Shown here piece by piece: positions 47,552 to 59,099 of a stretch of DNA of 64,000 nt. Both the position numbers and the translations under genes were made by a program. The stretch spans positions 1,184,755 through 1,248,754 of the forward strand of contig RHPI01002438.1 of the NCBI GenBank assembly GCA_009103225.1, read 5' to 3'. Under the pieces are notes generated by a model that worked only from the letters and a program-made list of their open reading frames with translations, ran no database searches and was not told the DNA's origin. This DNA is from Chlorokybus atmophyticus. Lineage: Eukaryota; Plantae; Mesostigma and Chlorokybus algae. Position 1 is the first letter of the stretch, and each line of letters opens with the position of its first letter.

Positions 47552-48689
47552 AGGGGGGGTGGCTTGTTGACGGTGTGCACTACGACACAGTCTGTACACA
47601 AAGGTGGCGAGCGGCATCGGCTCGTCCACTGCACTAAACACCGCGTAGGCTCATCTTCAAGCCTATGCCCACGATTGGGGGGTTGTCTTTTGCTTGCATG
47701 ACTCCAATGCAATGCACGGCACTAGCATGCGTGCAGCACTAGCACTCCTCCGCAGCCTGTCCGAGACAAGGTTGCCCTCGACCATGACAGGCACGACAGC
47801 TGTCATGCCATCTACCCTCGCATGCCAGTTCTTCTCAAGCATGCCTACACCCAGCCCCACGCCCGGGCTACCAGCATGAAGACCGCGCGAGCCCCAGCCT
47901 ACTGCTAGCTACTGTATCACTCATGTAGCATGTAGCTAGGGCTACTTTATAGACCTGTCTGTAGGGACCGCGCGTAGCTGATCAGTTGTAAGTCTGTTAA
48001 GAACACATGTGCTATATCGAGTCTTAGGAGATTTCCGAAATAGCATGAGGCCTCGATGTGACCGTTGGCCTAGTGCCCGCGTGGCACTGCACGGTCATGA
48101 TTTGACATGTATAAGTAGAAAGTCACGTCACCAGACTGGCTGGTGACACTGTAAGTGAGTACTGTGAGTACTAGGAGTACCAAGAAGTAAAGACTCTGTT
48201 TCTAAAGAGCTTGTGAAGCGACTTGAACTGAAAGCACGCTGCCCCAGTTGCAAAGAATTCCCTTACTGCGTGAGACACGGTGCATGCTCTTGTGCGCTGT
48301 GCCTGTCATTGCTGTGAGCTTGTCGGCGGTGTGTTGTTTCAGTAGTCAGGGTGTTGTATCCACGTGTTGCACACTCATTCACCTCACTTAACAGTGTATC
48401 ATTCTATCCGCTCATGCAAAGAACTGTGTCTACAGCACTACCTATCGTAGTGGCTTGTTGACGGTGTGCACTACGACACAGTCTGTACACAAAGGTGGCG
48501 AGCGGCATCGGCTCGTCCACTGCACTAAACACCGCGTAGGCTCATCTTCAAGCCTATGCCCACGATTGGGGGGTTGTCTTTTGCTTGCATGACTCCAATG
48601 CAGTGCACGGCACTAGCATGCGTGCAGCACTAGCACTCCTCTGCAGCCTGTCCGAGACAAGGTTGCCCTCGACCATGGCAGGCACGACA
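47552..48689 (+). repeat. Element B 3' end: PPT (47552-47559), B1, GC (47799-47800), A2, B2
   Basis: AGGGGGGG|tggcttgttgacggtg..ggcacgaca GC tgtcatgcc..tatcgtag|tggcttgttgacggtg..ggcacgaca|gttg. Confidence 0.95.
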
Positions 48690-48693
48690 GTTG

Positions 48694-49137
48694 GCCGAGA
48701 CGGTGAGGTAATGCAGCCACATCAAGCCACAACCTTTAGAGAGCAAGTCCCGAGCACTCCAGAGATCATCATCCGTACTTCTCAGTTCAAAGTCTTTCAG
48801 TTCTCACTTACAGTGTCGTCAATGTACAGAGACTAAGTCCTAAGCTCTTATAGTCAAGTGACATCTGTTAAGTCCCAAGATAACGGCTAGTTTACGAAAT
48901 GACCTAAATCAAGCCTAAGTCAGAACTCGCAACAGATAATCTAGCACGGATTATATTAGGTACCTACGACGACTAATTGACATCTGCTTCGTGTCGCGTG
49001 GGGCTCATGCGGGTAGCCGGGGTCGATGTCTGGCTGTAGGCATGACTGATTCAGCTGTCGATGCTGGTAGCACGGGAACGACGCCTGGCTGTAGGCATCA
49101 ACGACAAAGTTGCCCCTCCTGGACCGCTGGCATGACA
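48694..49137 (-). repeat. Element C repeat A1, proximal part (5' terminus, TATA and self-priming donor)
   Basis: The minus strand starts TGTCATGCCAGCGGTCCAGG, like element A A2. TATAAG at 48847-48852; 48806-48820 is 14/15 complementary to the C PBS. Confidence 0.88.
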
Positions 49138-49329
49138 ACCTGTCAATATGGAGGTGTTGTGCTCAGATGTAGAGCAAGAGCACTTGGTGCGCGAACTCGG
49201 GCGTGAGCTTAACATGCTGCAAACTGAGCCTGTGGATCCCGAGTGTGATGAGCACTAGTGGCAACACGTTGTGCGTTCTACAACTCTAGATAGCGATCAC
49301 TTTGTAGCTGCTACACCTTGTCAGTGGCA

Positions 49330-50790
49330 AGCAGCGTGGTGCGAGTGGTGACCATTACTGGGCAAGATAACAAGCATCATGTGCTACGCTGGTTAAGCCA
49401 AGGATACAAGCTGGATTGGGGGGGCACGTAAGAACCCAGCTAAAGAAGAGGTGAAGCAGATGTTGCTGCAGGAAGATTGCATTCCTAATTATGTTGAGAC
49501 AGTAATGCAAAGGGAAGCTCCAACTTCAATTAGATTGCGCAACAGGCAATCAGCTACATAACAGCGAGCGTTTGTGCTTGACGAGTTGAATAATTTGATG
49601 CGCTCAGGTGCAATTTCTGCTGTACATCCTTCAGATGTGAAGGTGATTACAGGAATTGGAGTGGTTGAGAATGATAGCGGCAAGCTTCGCCTCATCATGG
49701 ACCTGAGATGCATTCATGCCATTCTGGCACATATCCCCTTCAGTTATCACCATTTGGAGGATGCGTTGTTGTACACACGCAAAGGCTATTATCAAGTGAC
49801 AGCGGACTTGAAATCAGGCTATCATCATGTGCCAATACATGCGGACAGCAAGCCCTACTCGGCAAAGGAATTTGAAGAAGTTGTATACCGCTGGAATGTG
49901 CCTGACAAGCTACAAAAGTTATTGAAGCTGATTCGCAAGTTGATAAACTCGGACGTGATGACCAAGCGCATGTTGGCAAAGGTGGCAGGAAAATTAGTCG
50001 CAATGAAATAAGCTTTGGCCCCCGCATACCTGTATGCCCGCTGGCTGCTACAGCTAACCACCGATCAGAGTGATGGGGATGAGAATTTTACACCACCACC
50101 GTTGTTGATGGACTTCTTGCTGTGGTTGCAGCGAAGCCTGCCGCAATATAATGGTTTCGCATGCTGGAAGCCGCCACTTGCACATGAGTTGCGTGTTGAT
50201 GCCTCCGGTACCGTGGGTTGGGGTGCTACAAACCTATGGGCGGCAATGGTGGGAAACTTTGCTCCTTAGCAACAAGGTCTGCCTTCCGCAGTGAAGGAGG
50301 CATTGGCGTATGTAGCTGCCTTTTTAGAGTTGACACGATAGTAACCAGTGTTGCATCATGCCACTGTGAGGATTGTTGGCGACTGTCAGCCCACCGTGGC
50401 CATGCTGATGAAGCTGACAGCATCGCATCGAGCTGTGCGATTGGCATTACACCGCTTGTGGCAAGTTCTGTGGGAACGAGACTTGGCCGTCTCCGTGGTG
50501 TTGGAGCCACGTGCGCTTAGTAGATGAAGATGCGCTCTTGAAGCTGCCAGACAAAGGGGATTGGGCTTTGGCAGGCACACCCACTATGTGCATCCAGTCT
50601 CTGTTGAGAAAACCTTGCCTGGATGTGTTTGCAGCGGACCGGAACGCCAAATCTGCTGCATTCATGTCAGATGTGCCGATGCCAGGAAGCGTGGGCAATG
50701 CACTGACCTCTGATTGGAGGCAAGCTTGGCTGGAGGCTGGCAAGGGGATATTATGGTTTCACCCTCCGTTCGCCCTCCTGCATTAAGCAT
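49330..50790 (+). pseudogene. DIRS RT (internally deleted) - RNase H - N6-adenine methyltransferase-like domain
   Basis: VLRWLSQGYKLDW; GIGVVENDSGKLRLIMDLR; TADLKSGYHHVPI; LRVDASGTVGWGA; CLDVFAADRNAK..ALTSDW..WFHPPFALL. Confidence 0.85.
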
Positions 50791-50966
50791 TTGCATTATT
50801 GCAGCATTATCGTCTACCATCTATTGTAATGTTGCCAGAATGGCACTTTTCTGTATGGTGGCCTGCTGTCATGGCATGGCCAAAGCGAGACATGCGTCAT
50901 ATGGGCAAACACATGGACTCGTTTGCAAAAGGCACCTGAGTGCCCGTCATAACCATTAACCCGGGA

Positions 50967-52855
50967 TCATACCCGTACATTGTGGCTTATGTCACAGGGG
51001 AACCAGAGGTACATACCTGATGTGTAAGTACAGATGCATACTTTGCGCGCCTTTCCACAAATCTGAGGTTGAATGTCTTCCAGGGACACACCCGTACGTA
51101 GCGCATGCTGCGCACCACCCCGACGGAATGAGTGTAGCCCAAGGTGAAGGCGATAAATTCCGCTTCTTAGAGAATGCTTGGTAAATGCGTGATATGCGCA
51201 ATCACTGCTAATACTGCGCTCTTCCCAGTGTTTTTTGTTGCGGGCTAGCGGGCGAAAGATGGGGCCTTTTGAAATGCTGAAGGGGCTCTCATTTACATGG
51301 CTCAAGTACCGCTCCAGCACCTTGCAGAACTGCACACCTTTGTCGCTTTTACGAACCTTGATGGCTGGTACCCGCCCTGTACTATAGTTCTTGAGATGAG
51401 TAGCCTGTGTACAGACTTCTGTGCCCTTCGTCAAGATGTGTTCCATTTCTACGCGGGCCCCTTCACTGCCTCTGTAACAGTCAAGGCCAAATTTCGTGAT
51501 TTTCATGGCCATTTTAGGCCTTATTTGTAAGGTACATGTTTTTCATGACATAAGCGGATATCGGCGAGTTATGAGTCTGCCGCGGATATCGACCGGGGCC
51601 CCAAGACCAGTCTGGAAGCCGCCAGAAAACGGAGGGCCAGTCGAGAAGGGCTCGACCAGATTTCCGGAAGGGCCTGGCGCCAAGTAGTATAACTTGACCA
51701 TATGAGCAGCAAATGAAGAGATCTTTGGTGCGTTGGAAAGGTCTAGAAGTGTACTACAAGATTCTGCAAGAATATCTTAGCTTCTAGTTCCGTTTAGCGC
51801 TAGGATCGTCTAGACAATAGCATGTGCAGACTGGTAGGTATAAAAGTGAAATTCTACAATTTGCAATACAACCTTTAACTCCCTAGTTTCTGGTGTGCAA
51901 GCTTGGTGGTGGTTAGCATAGGTTGCTAGCGTGTGGCCACTGGTGTGTGCTTGCTTGTGTGACGATCCAAGGCGCTACACGAGTCGGTGTGTAGCTTCGA
52001 GCGCATGTGCGTGCGTACGCGAGTGGCGGGGCGCGCGTGTGTGCTTGGCAGAGGGGGCAAGGTTCCGGTGTGAATACCGTGTCTTGGTGAGAGGGTTGTT
52101 GATTGGACTAACTTACAGGTGACAAGGCACGAGCACCGTTACAGCCTCTTTGCCATGTGCACCACAAGTACATGCATAATGTGTAGTCACCCCAAAGCAC
52201 TGCGCTTTCATAAGTAGCTCGCATTGGTCGAACACTCTGCACCTGCTGCTGCGAAAGTAGCATACTAGTATGCTCATGTCTTTTTGAGCCAAAGCAATGG
52301 AAGACACATGCTGCACGCCGGCCTGAGCTGTCACTTTGACGTAGCCAGCGCGATACTCGCGCACGTCCACAGACTCGCAAGGGTTGCCAGCTGGATGACT
52401 TGTGCTTCATGGACCAACTCGGCCATGCCATTTGAACCCAGCGCTTAAGTGCATGATGGTCACCTCAACAGTGCTGCTGGATATCATGACTGCACCATGC
52501 TTATCTTTGCTCCGGGCTCTGCTGATATGTACGTCATTCTAATGCCCAGCGAGATAAGTTGTCACCACGGTGGGAGTAACGTCTTCCACAGCAACATGTA
52601 GAGCTTGCAGGTAGTGGATGAAGTCCTGCCACACCAATCTCGGCGAGCGCGCGTTTGCTCATGAGTGGCGGCAGCATTGATGCGCTCTACATTGGCCAAG
52701 GCGAGCATGGCGCGTTGTTGCATGTTGCGTTGTAGTATGGACCCGTTGTTGATGTGCAATCGCTGTGTGCGCCGGGTCTTAGCATTTGCTTGCAGCGACC
52801 GTGCGAAGTCCATATCTGCGCATGTGACTCTCTTATGAATAGTTCGCTGCGCCAT
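50967..52855 (-). pseudogene. Tyrosine recombinase, antisense to RT; the putative N-terminal part lies at 52108-52855
   Basis: CYRGSEG (R), HLKN (K), HSFRRGG (HxxR), and WKGAQSMHLY (W..Y) in a shifted frame. The upstream GNPCESVDVREYRAGY segment is tentatively the core-binding part. Confidence 0.78.
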
Positions 52856-54202
52856 TGATACGCATGTCGCAATACTAATGGCGTTTTGTGAAAACTACAT
52901 GTCACTCTGAGCATCAATGCAATGTGTCCACCGATAGCTCGGGCATGTACAAATTCGACTGTTCTGTTTAAACAAGCAATGTTGTGTACTGATGTACATT
53001 GGAAGAGGGTAGTAGTCAATAAAAACGCAGACGATTGCTACACCTATTACCACTCCTGTCACTGCAGAGGACATATCGTAGTGTCATAGTACATGCCCGA
53101 CTTTGCACACTAGTGTAAGATTATAGTTAGCAACTATTGTAAAAAAAATTCTTGCATCGCGTGAGAGCTCATACACTGGCCGATACTTGACGGCCGACGT
53201 CACTGGCTGACAGCAAGTGACGTCGGCCGTCAGTAAATCCGCCACCACAGAGGATGCAGGCGAGCGCCGAACGCGCCCCTCAGCCTGCACCCTCTGCTAA
53301 TAACCATAATTGAGTTACGCAATCGGTAGCTTGTGAAGCTTACCTTTCAGGGCCATGTGAGCTTGCACGGCGTAGTTGTTGTCGTTGTTGTTCTACTTGA
53401 GCAGCAACGACGGCGGTGGCGCTGAGCTTGTTTTTGACCCTCCCGCCACACCCTGACTTACGATGTGTGCAATACAGTGTGATTGCGCTTACGCGTGTTG
53501 CGTTGTCTCGATTGCACGATTTTAGATGATCGCTACCGTTTAATCGCGTCTGATGCAAGTTGCGATCGCACAATGGTGAGAATTTGACTTTGATAGCGCT
53601 TCCAGCATACGATATGCCTAATCGCAAGCTTACGCGTGACGCGTTGTTTGCTTATAACGAGGTTGTTTTCGTGCCGTCGGTACGCCCTTCGCAGTCAATA
53701 CAAACGCAAACAATTGCTACACCTATTACCACTCCTGTCATTGCAGAGAACAGATCGTAGTGTCATCGTACATGCCCGACTTTGCACACCAGTGTAGGAT
53801 TATAGTTAGCAACTGTTCTAATCTAAATCTCGCATCGCGTGAGAGCTCATACACTAGGCAATACTCGTCGGCGCCAACTATTGACCGGCAAGTTGCTTAT
53901 AATAAACAGCTAACACGAGTGATTGATGTTAATAGTTAATATTAGGGTTTTAAGTAATACACGTGTCAAGCAGTGAATTTAGTTGCCGTCACCTCAACGA
54001 CGGCGTCGCTGGCGACGCCGATGTCGGTTAAAGGTTCGGTGAAAGTATGGGGAGTAAGGCACGATGCCGCCAAAGACATTCAAGAAGCGGCTTGAGGCTG
54101 CTGGCGGGTGACGCGGCCGGAAGAAGCGGCCGCTGGAGCTGTGGAGCCTGAGGAATTTGCTGATAGGCCGCTGGAGGTCCGGCCGATGAGGGGCAAAACA
54201 AC

Positions 54203-54967
54203 GTGGCCGACAAGAGGCGTGCTCTGAAGGCTAGGCTTACGCAGCCTGCCCCTATAGCTACGCAGCTGGTGCCGCCGCTGAAGTCACGTGCAAAGGCTGG
54301 CGCAGGGCGTGACGCTGTGACACAGGAGCAGGGCGTGACCTTGAAAAGCGCTACGCAGCCCTCTGAGCTCGTTGTGAAGCTGCCAAAGGTGCCACGCCGT
54401 CGCCGTAGCAGAGGGCAAGCATTGTCATCTGAAAAGGAAGAGGAGGTGATGAAGAAGAGGCACAAAAACAAGAAGAAAAAGAAGAAGGCTTTTATACACA
54501 AAAAGAAGCGCACATCCTCTACGTCATGGATTTCGTCATCGTCATCGTCATCATCCTCAGATAATGACAGCTCCGACTCTTCGGCCCAGCATACAACATG
54601 CTTCAAGAAGACTGGCTTCACCAAGCGCCTGTTGAGGAACACGAAGACGTATGCATTGTGGGAGGAGCATCGCTCACGCAAGCTCTCACCTGGCGTGCAA
54701 GCCTGCTTCAAGACAATCGGTTGCGCCCTTTTCACAGGTCCCCCAGTGTCACAGATGGTGGCATTTTTTTATCAGATGCTATTCACGCATGTGCACAATG
54801 GCCTGGACTTTGCGACAGCTTTTGCATCGGGGGTGCGTGGTACTATCAATGATGCCCGCATTATTCGCGACAAGGAAGACAAGATCATCCGCCGCCTCAC
54901 CAAGCTCGCCAACATCTTCCAAGGCAAAGCGGCTATGCAGAAGGCAAAGACATCCGCTCCCCTGTAA
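54203..54967 (+). CDS. Orphan 254-aa ORF (Lys/Ser-rich middle, helical C-terminal part), function unknown
   Basis: Open frame with protein-like composition followed by a GT donor-like site; no recognised motif. Confidence 0.35.
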   Translation: MADKRRALKARLTQPAPIATQLVPPLKSRAKAGAGRDAVTQEQGVTLKSATQPSELVVKLPKVPRRRRSRGQALSSEKEEEVMKKRHKNKKKKKKAFIHKKKRTSSTSWISSSSSSSSSDNDSSDSSAQHTTCFKKTGFTKRLLRNTKTYALWEEHRSRKLSPGVQACFKTIGCALFTGPPVSQMVAFFYQMLFTHVHNGLDFATAFASGVRGTINDARIIRDKEDKIIRRLTKLANIFQGKAAMQKAKTSAPL

Positions 54968-55667
54968 GTGTGCTTGTTGTTTGCAAGCTTATATTGTCAA
55001 CTTGGTCAATAACCACACTCGTTGCAAGTGTTGGCACTATTGTAAGTGCACAGCGAGCACCGCAATGCGCAGGTTCTATAGACTATGTGCAATGCACACA
55101 AGACACTGAAAGTGCACGATGTGCAATCATCAAGTCGCACAATGTGCGCATTATCTGTTTTCATATATGCACACAATGTGCATGCAGTCCCTTATTAGTC
55201 ATAAAGCCGCACAATGTGCGCATGCATCGCGCATAGCGATGCACATTGTGTGCAAGGTTGCACACAATGTGCATGCAACCCTTGGTTGGTTAAGCTACAA
55301 GGTACGCATGTACTGGTTACTGGTCATTGTTGGCAATGCTCAGCTTGTTGAGCATGACACAGGGCTTTTCACGCGGACCAGTTGGAGGCGGCGCGCAGAC
55401 CACGTCTGGTACGCGACGGCGTACCAGTGCCGCGGCTGGTCCGGCGTGACCGGACCACGGGTGATCCGGCCCCAGAGCCGGACGCCATGGTCCGATCAAC
55501 CGAACTAGGGCTGGTCGCGTGCCCCGCGGCCTGTGGACCGGCACAGCACTGGTATGGTATGCGATCCACACGGTAGGACCAGGGCTGATCGCGACTTACG
55601 AACCACAGCAGCACTGGTACATGTGATGTACAACAGGGGGACCAAGACTGGTGCAAGCTACACTGTA

Positions 55668-58208
55668 CAGTCTACCCCCGTTATAAGAATCACGTTTATC
55701 CCGGAGCTTTTCATGCCACTAACGGGGTTATTCTTTTGACGTTTAAGAGAATATATATTCTGTTAACGTTAAGAGAATATATATTCTTTTAGTGGGGGTC
55801 TCGCCAGAAAAGCGCATGAGCGTTTATAAGAATAAATATGCTATTAACGAAGTGTGTGCATTTCACATGTATATGATCAGTATGGTGAGTTTTACGTACA
55901 TCAAGCAAATGAACACACAATGTAACCTGGTGTTGTGTGACAGCATGCATGCTTGAAGTGTTATAATACAACAAGTGTTTGTGTGCATAAATGATGGCGC
56001 GCACGCATGCGTAAAATATGTAATGAATCTGCTTGAATGTGTACATGAGCATGTTGCTTTGCGTGTGTCTGCAAGAGCAAACAGCATGCATCTGCAAGGC
56101 CATCACCACCAATACAAACATTGCACACTGCACTCGTACATGCATGGTATGCACGCTACTCTAACTCGACTGGCTCATCGACTGTGCCACAAGTGCTACC
56201 AATGCTAGCATCATGTCCAAAAGCACCCGCAGTAAAAAAGTCCTGTATGGTGGTCTGACGGCCAGCGTCAAACAGCTGATGCTTTATGACCGCGTTGCGC
56301 AGCTGCCGTAAGGTGAGCTGATGATGCTCTGAGATGGGGCAGTCATTGGTGGCGATGAAGGCCTCCACACCATCTAAGAACCTCATGCACTCTGCCACCG
56401 TGATGCGTGGGGGTGATTCCTCCTCCTCCTCATCATCTACAACACAAGGCATTATAAGTGCCCACTCATGCACATCATATGATACACGCACATGTACTGC
56501 AATTAGATCCCTCACCGTCAGCCTCATCTGGCTCAGCGGTGGCCCCCTCAACGCCTCCGACGCTTTGAAGGATGTCATCATCGCTCTGCCCGGCTTCGGT
56601 TGGGAGGGTGTCATCGACATGAACGAACTCAGCTGGGGAGAGCATCTCCGCACGTGGAATGGGGAGACGCTGCATGATGTCCCCGATCTCCTGTACAACA
56701 GCCTGCTCGCGCGCGTCAGTGTTGGGAGTTGGCGCGTGCCAAGCAAAGGGGGTGATGCCGCTCTTCCTCCAGCAATTGGAGATGGTGATTGCGGTGAGCT
56801 CCGCGTACGCCTCGCGACACCATATGATTGCCTCCCTCAACTGCACCTTTACCGTGCGCAAGTCGGTTGTTGGGTCGGCATCATACTGCTGCAGCAAGTA
56901 CGCAACAAGCTTGCGCTTGTACCTGCCACGACCAAAGTGAGAAAGCATTACAAGCTCTGACGAACAAGGGGGGTCTGGTGATTTCACCGATTCACCCACC
57001 CGTGTGATGCATTGAAGTCCTCTATGTTCAACTTGCTAGCAAAGTCCTTGCCCTTCTCTATCAATATCGCGTCTGTGATGGTGGCATTGCGAGCCCGAGC
57101 TTGTACAAACCATGCATACAATGCATCCTCCAACTTGGGATGTGCTGCAAGCCGCATGCGCTTGGTACTTGCAGCGAAATTACCACCCTGAGCTAGCGTC
57201 TCAACTATCTTATCACGGCCAGTCAGCAACTTGGACAATGCACTTTGTTTGATATCCAATTTCAACTTAGATTTGACAATAGCAATGANTATCTGCATGA
57301 GACAACGTCTGGTCATACACACAAACTTACAATCACACATATGGACTTGCAGTTTGCACCAACAGACTTGCAAACTAGCAATAGTGTCAAACACCTTACC
57401 TCTGCATTCATCCAAGCCTTCTTGTTGGTCTCGTACTCCACACCGATGCGGATGGGAGTCCATGTGCTCCCAAAAGACCTAGGTCTTTTGGACGTACCAA
57501 TCAGCAAAAGGGGATACTTTGTCATGCCATCTACCCTCGCATGCCAGTTCTTCTCAAGCCTGCCTACACCCAGCCCCACGCCCGGGCTACCAGCAGGAAA
57601 ACCGCGCGAGCCCCAGCCTACTGCTAGCTACTGTATCACTCATGTAGCATGTAGCTAGGGCTACTTTATGGACCTGTCTGTAGGGACCGCGCGTAGCTGA
57701 TCAGTTGCAAGTCTGTTAAGAACACATGTGCTATATCAAGTCTTAGGAGATTTCCGAAATAGCATGAGGCCTCGATGTGACCGTTGGCCTAGTGCCCGCG
57801 TGGCACTGCACAGTCATGATTTGACATGTATAAGTAGGAAGTCACGTCACCANTACACCTTTGCCCCCGCCGCCGCCGACCCTCGCGCCGCCGCCGCCGC
57901 CGCCGCCAACGCCGCATGGGGATAACCAGTGCCTCTGCAACTGACGTGGCGGCTTAAGGCACAGAAGCACTTGCATGGGCACAAGGGCACAAGAGCAAGT
58001 GCTTGCTTGTGCCCTTGCGCACAGCACTGCTACCCCCGATAAGAGCATATTACCACTGGGATTTTCATGCGGTAACATTATTCTTATTACGTACAAGACT
58101 ATTCCACTAAGTGAAGATATTTACCTGTAAAACCATTGGTCTTTTCATAATCTATGATCTTAGCGGGGTTATTCCCTTACAGCGAATTCCTTTAACGGGG
58201 GTAGACTG
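55668..58208 (-). mobile_element. pogo/Tigger-like Tc1-mariner DNA transposon, TA TSD
   Basis: TA|CAGTCTACCCCCGTT..AACGGGGGTAGACTG|TA. CENP-B HTH (HPKLEDALYAWF..FNASHGW) and DDE_1 pieces (PLLLIGTSKRPR..NKKAWM; TISNCWRKSGI). Confidence 0.9.
57520..57852 (+). repeat. 5' end (repeat A) of another family-B gypsy inserted in the pogo transposase, cut by an N join
   Basis: Starts at TGTCATGCCATCTACCC, the same base as B A1, and is flanked by pogo sequence. Ends at the N at 57853. Confidence 0.9.
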
Positions 58209-58991
58209 TAGTACACTGATGTACGACCGTGTATACCATAGATGGTACGCATTGCACTAGATGCACGGTGCTGCACCAAGCATGGTGCCGTGGCTGTCTC
58301 AGCGTACGGACCGGTCCCGCCGCGACTTGCACACGTCAGCAAGTATGCTAAGATGAGTTCAAGCCGGCCAGATAACCGCAGGCATTGCCTTGCCGGCTGG
58401 AGTTATCCTAAGCGTTGGCAGCAGTGCTTGCTGCCGCAGCACTGCCACATTACCAGCAGCGGAGCCAGGCCGATGAGATTTATGGCGTTTTTACATTGTC
58501 ACTTAGCGTGTAGGACACGGTGAGCGCTGCTGTCCTGCAAACAACGCATGCTACATGTATGCTTCCACACCGCCCATGAGGAAGCATGCAAGTAAGCGGC
58601 TGGTGCAAGCTCACTGTAGTTTCTCACTGTTTCAATAGTTTCACTGTCATTCTGCTGCTTTATAGGTTGGGACTCCCCACAGCTTCCCCGCCGTTGCTTG
58701 TTGGTTGTTGTTGTTGCATGCCCAGTTGATGCTGTCGCTGCTGCAGCCTTCCATGGCTTGGCGTGATTTGTTTTGACCATGGTTTTGACATTGCCGTAAG
58801 CTTAGCTTGGCTTGCAGCTGTCATTCTTCAATGGTCATGCAGCATGCCGTGGCTGTATGCACAGCCGCTGCTTCAGCGGGAGCAGAGGTTGGTTGTTGGT
58901 TAGGGTTAGTTGATGATGTTAACTGTTTTCGTGCTGTTTTTGCTGTCTTCCTGCTGCTGTCGTGCTTTGAGACAAACACATGGACACACCC

Positions 58992-59060
58992 NNNNNNNNN
59001 NNNNNNNNNNNNNNNNNNNNNNNNNNNNNNNNNNNNNNNNNNNNNNNNNNNNNNNNNNNN
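58992..59060. other. Assembly gap (N run); single-N joins also at 57289 and 57853
   Basis: Directly visible. Confidence 0.99.
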
Positions 59061-59099
59061 AGCGCTGGGAGCAACGGCCGGTGAGACCACAACGAGCCC

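Larger units (their letters stand above)
35499..48689 (+). mobile_element. Element B: structurally complete MTase- and PHD-encoding Ty3/gypsy with split/permuted LTRs (A1..PPT-B1-GC-A2-B2)
   Basis: TSD GTTG at 35495-35498 and 48690-48693; termini TGTCATGCC / GGCACGACA. A1 35499-36148 matches A2 47801-48450 (650 bp); B1 47560-47798 matches B2 48451-48689 (239 bp). Confidence 0.95.
6392..49137 (-). mobile_element. Element C: fragmented MTase-encoding Ty3/gypsy that hosts A, D, CACTA and B; 3' part lost
   Basis: The 5' terminus TGTCATGCC is at 49137 on the minus strand. Reading frames rejoin across each insertion: gag NYK-I-LSD across CACTA, pol WKEA-QQ across D, repeat A across B. Confidence 0.9.
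49142..53875 (+). mobile_element. DIRS/PAT (Kangaroo-like) tyrosine-recombinase retrotransposon remnant
   Basis: DIRS-type RT-RNase H-Dam-like MTase on plus, YR on minus. ~180-bp direct repeats at 53014-53195 and 53693-53875 may be B1/B2 of split direct repeats (inference). The right boundary is uncertain. Confidence 0.75.

Noticed and set aside
47560-48689. Reading A2-B2 as a normal 3' LTR with an accidental extra B upstream
   Set aside because: A normal element would then have a full A-B 5' LTR and a PPT before A. Instead A1 has only 12 nt of B, the PPT precedes B1, and family A shows the same layout.
56475-57579. Scrambled pogo domain order (mid-DDE, then HTH, then C-terminal DDE)
   Set aside because: The pieces are bounded by single-N joins at 57289 and 57853, so contig misordering is more likely than biology.
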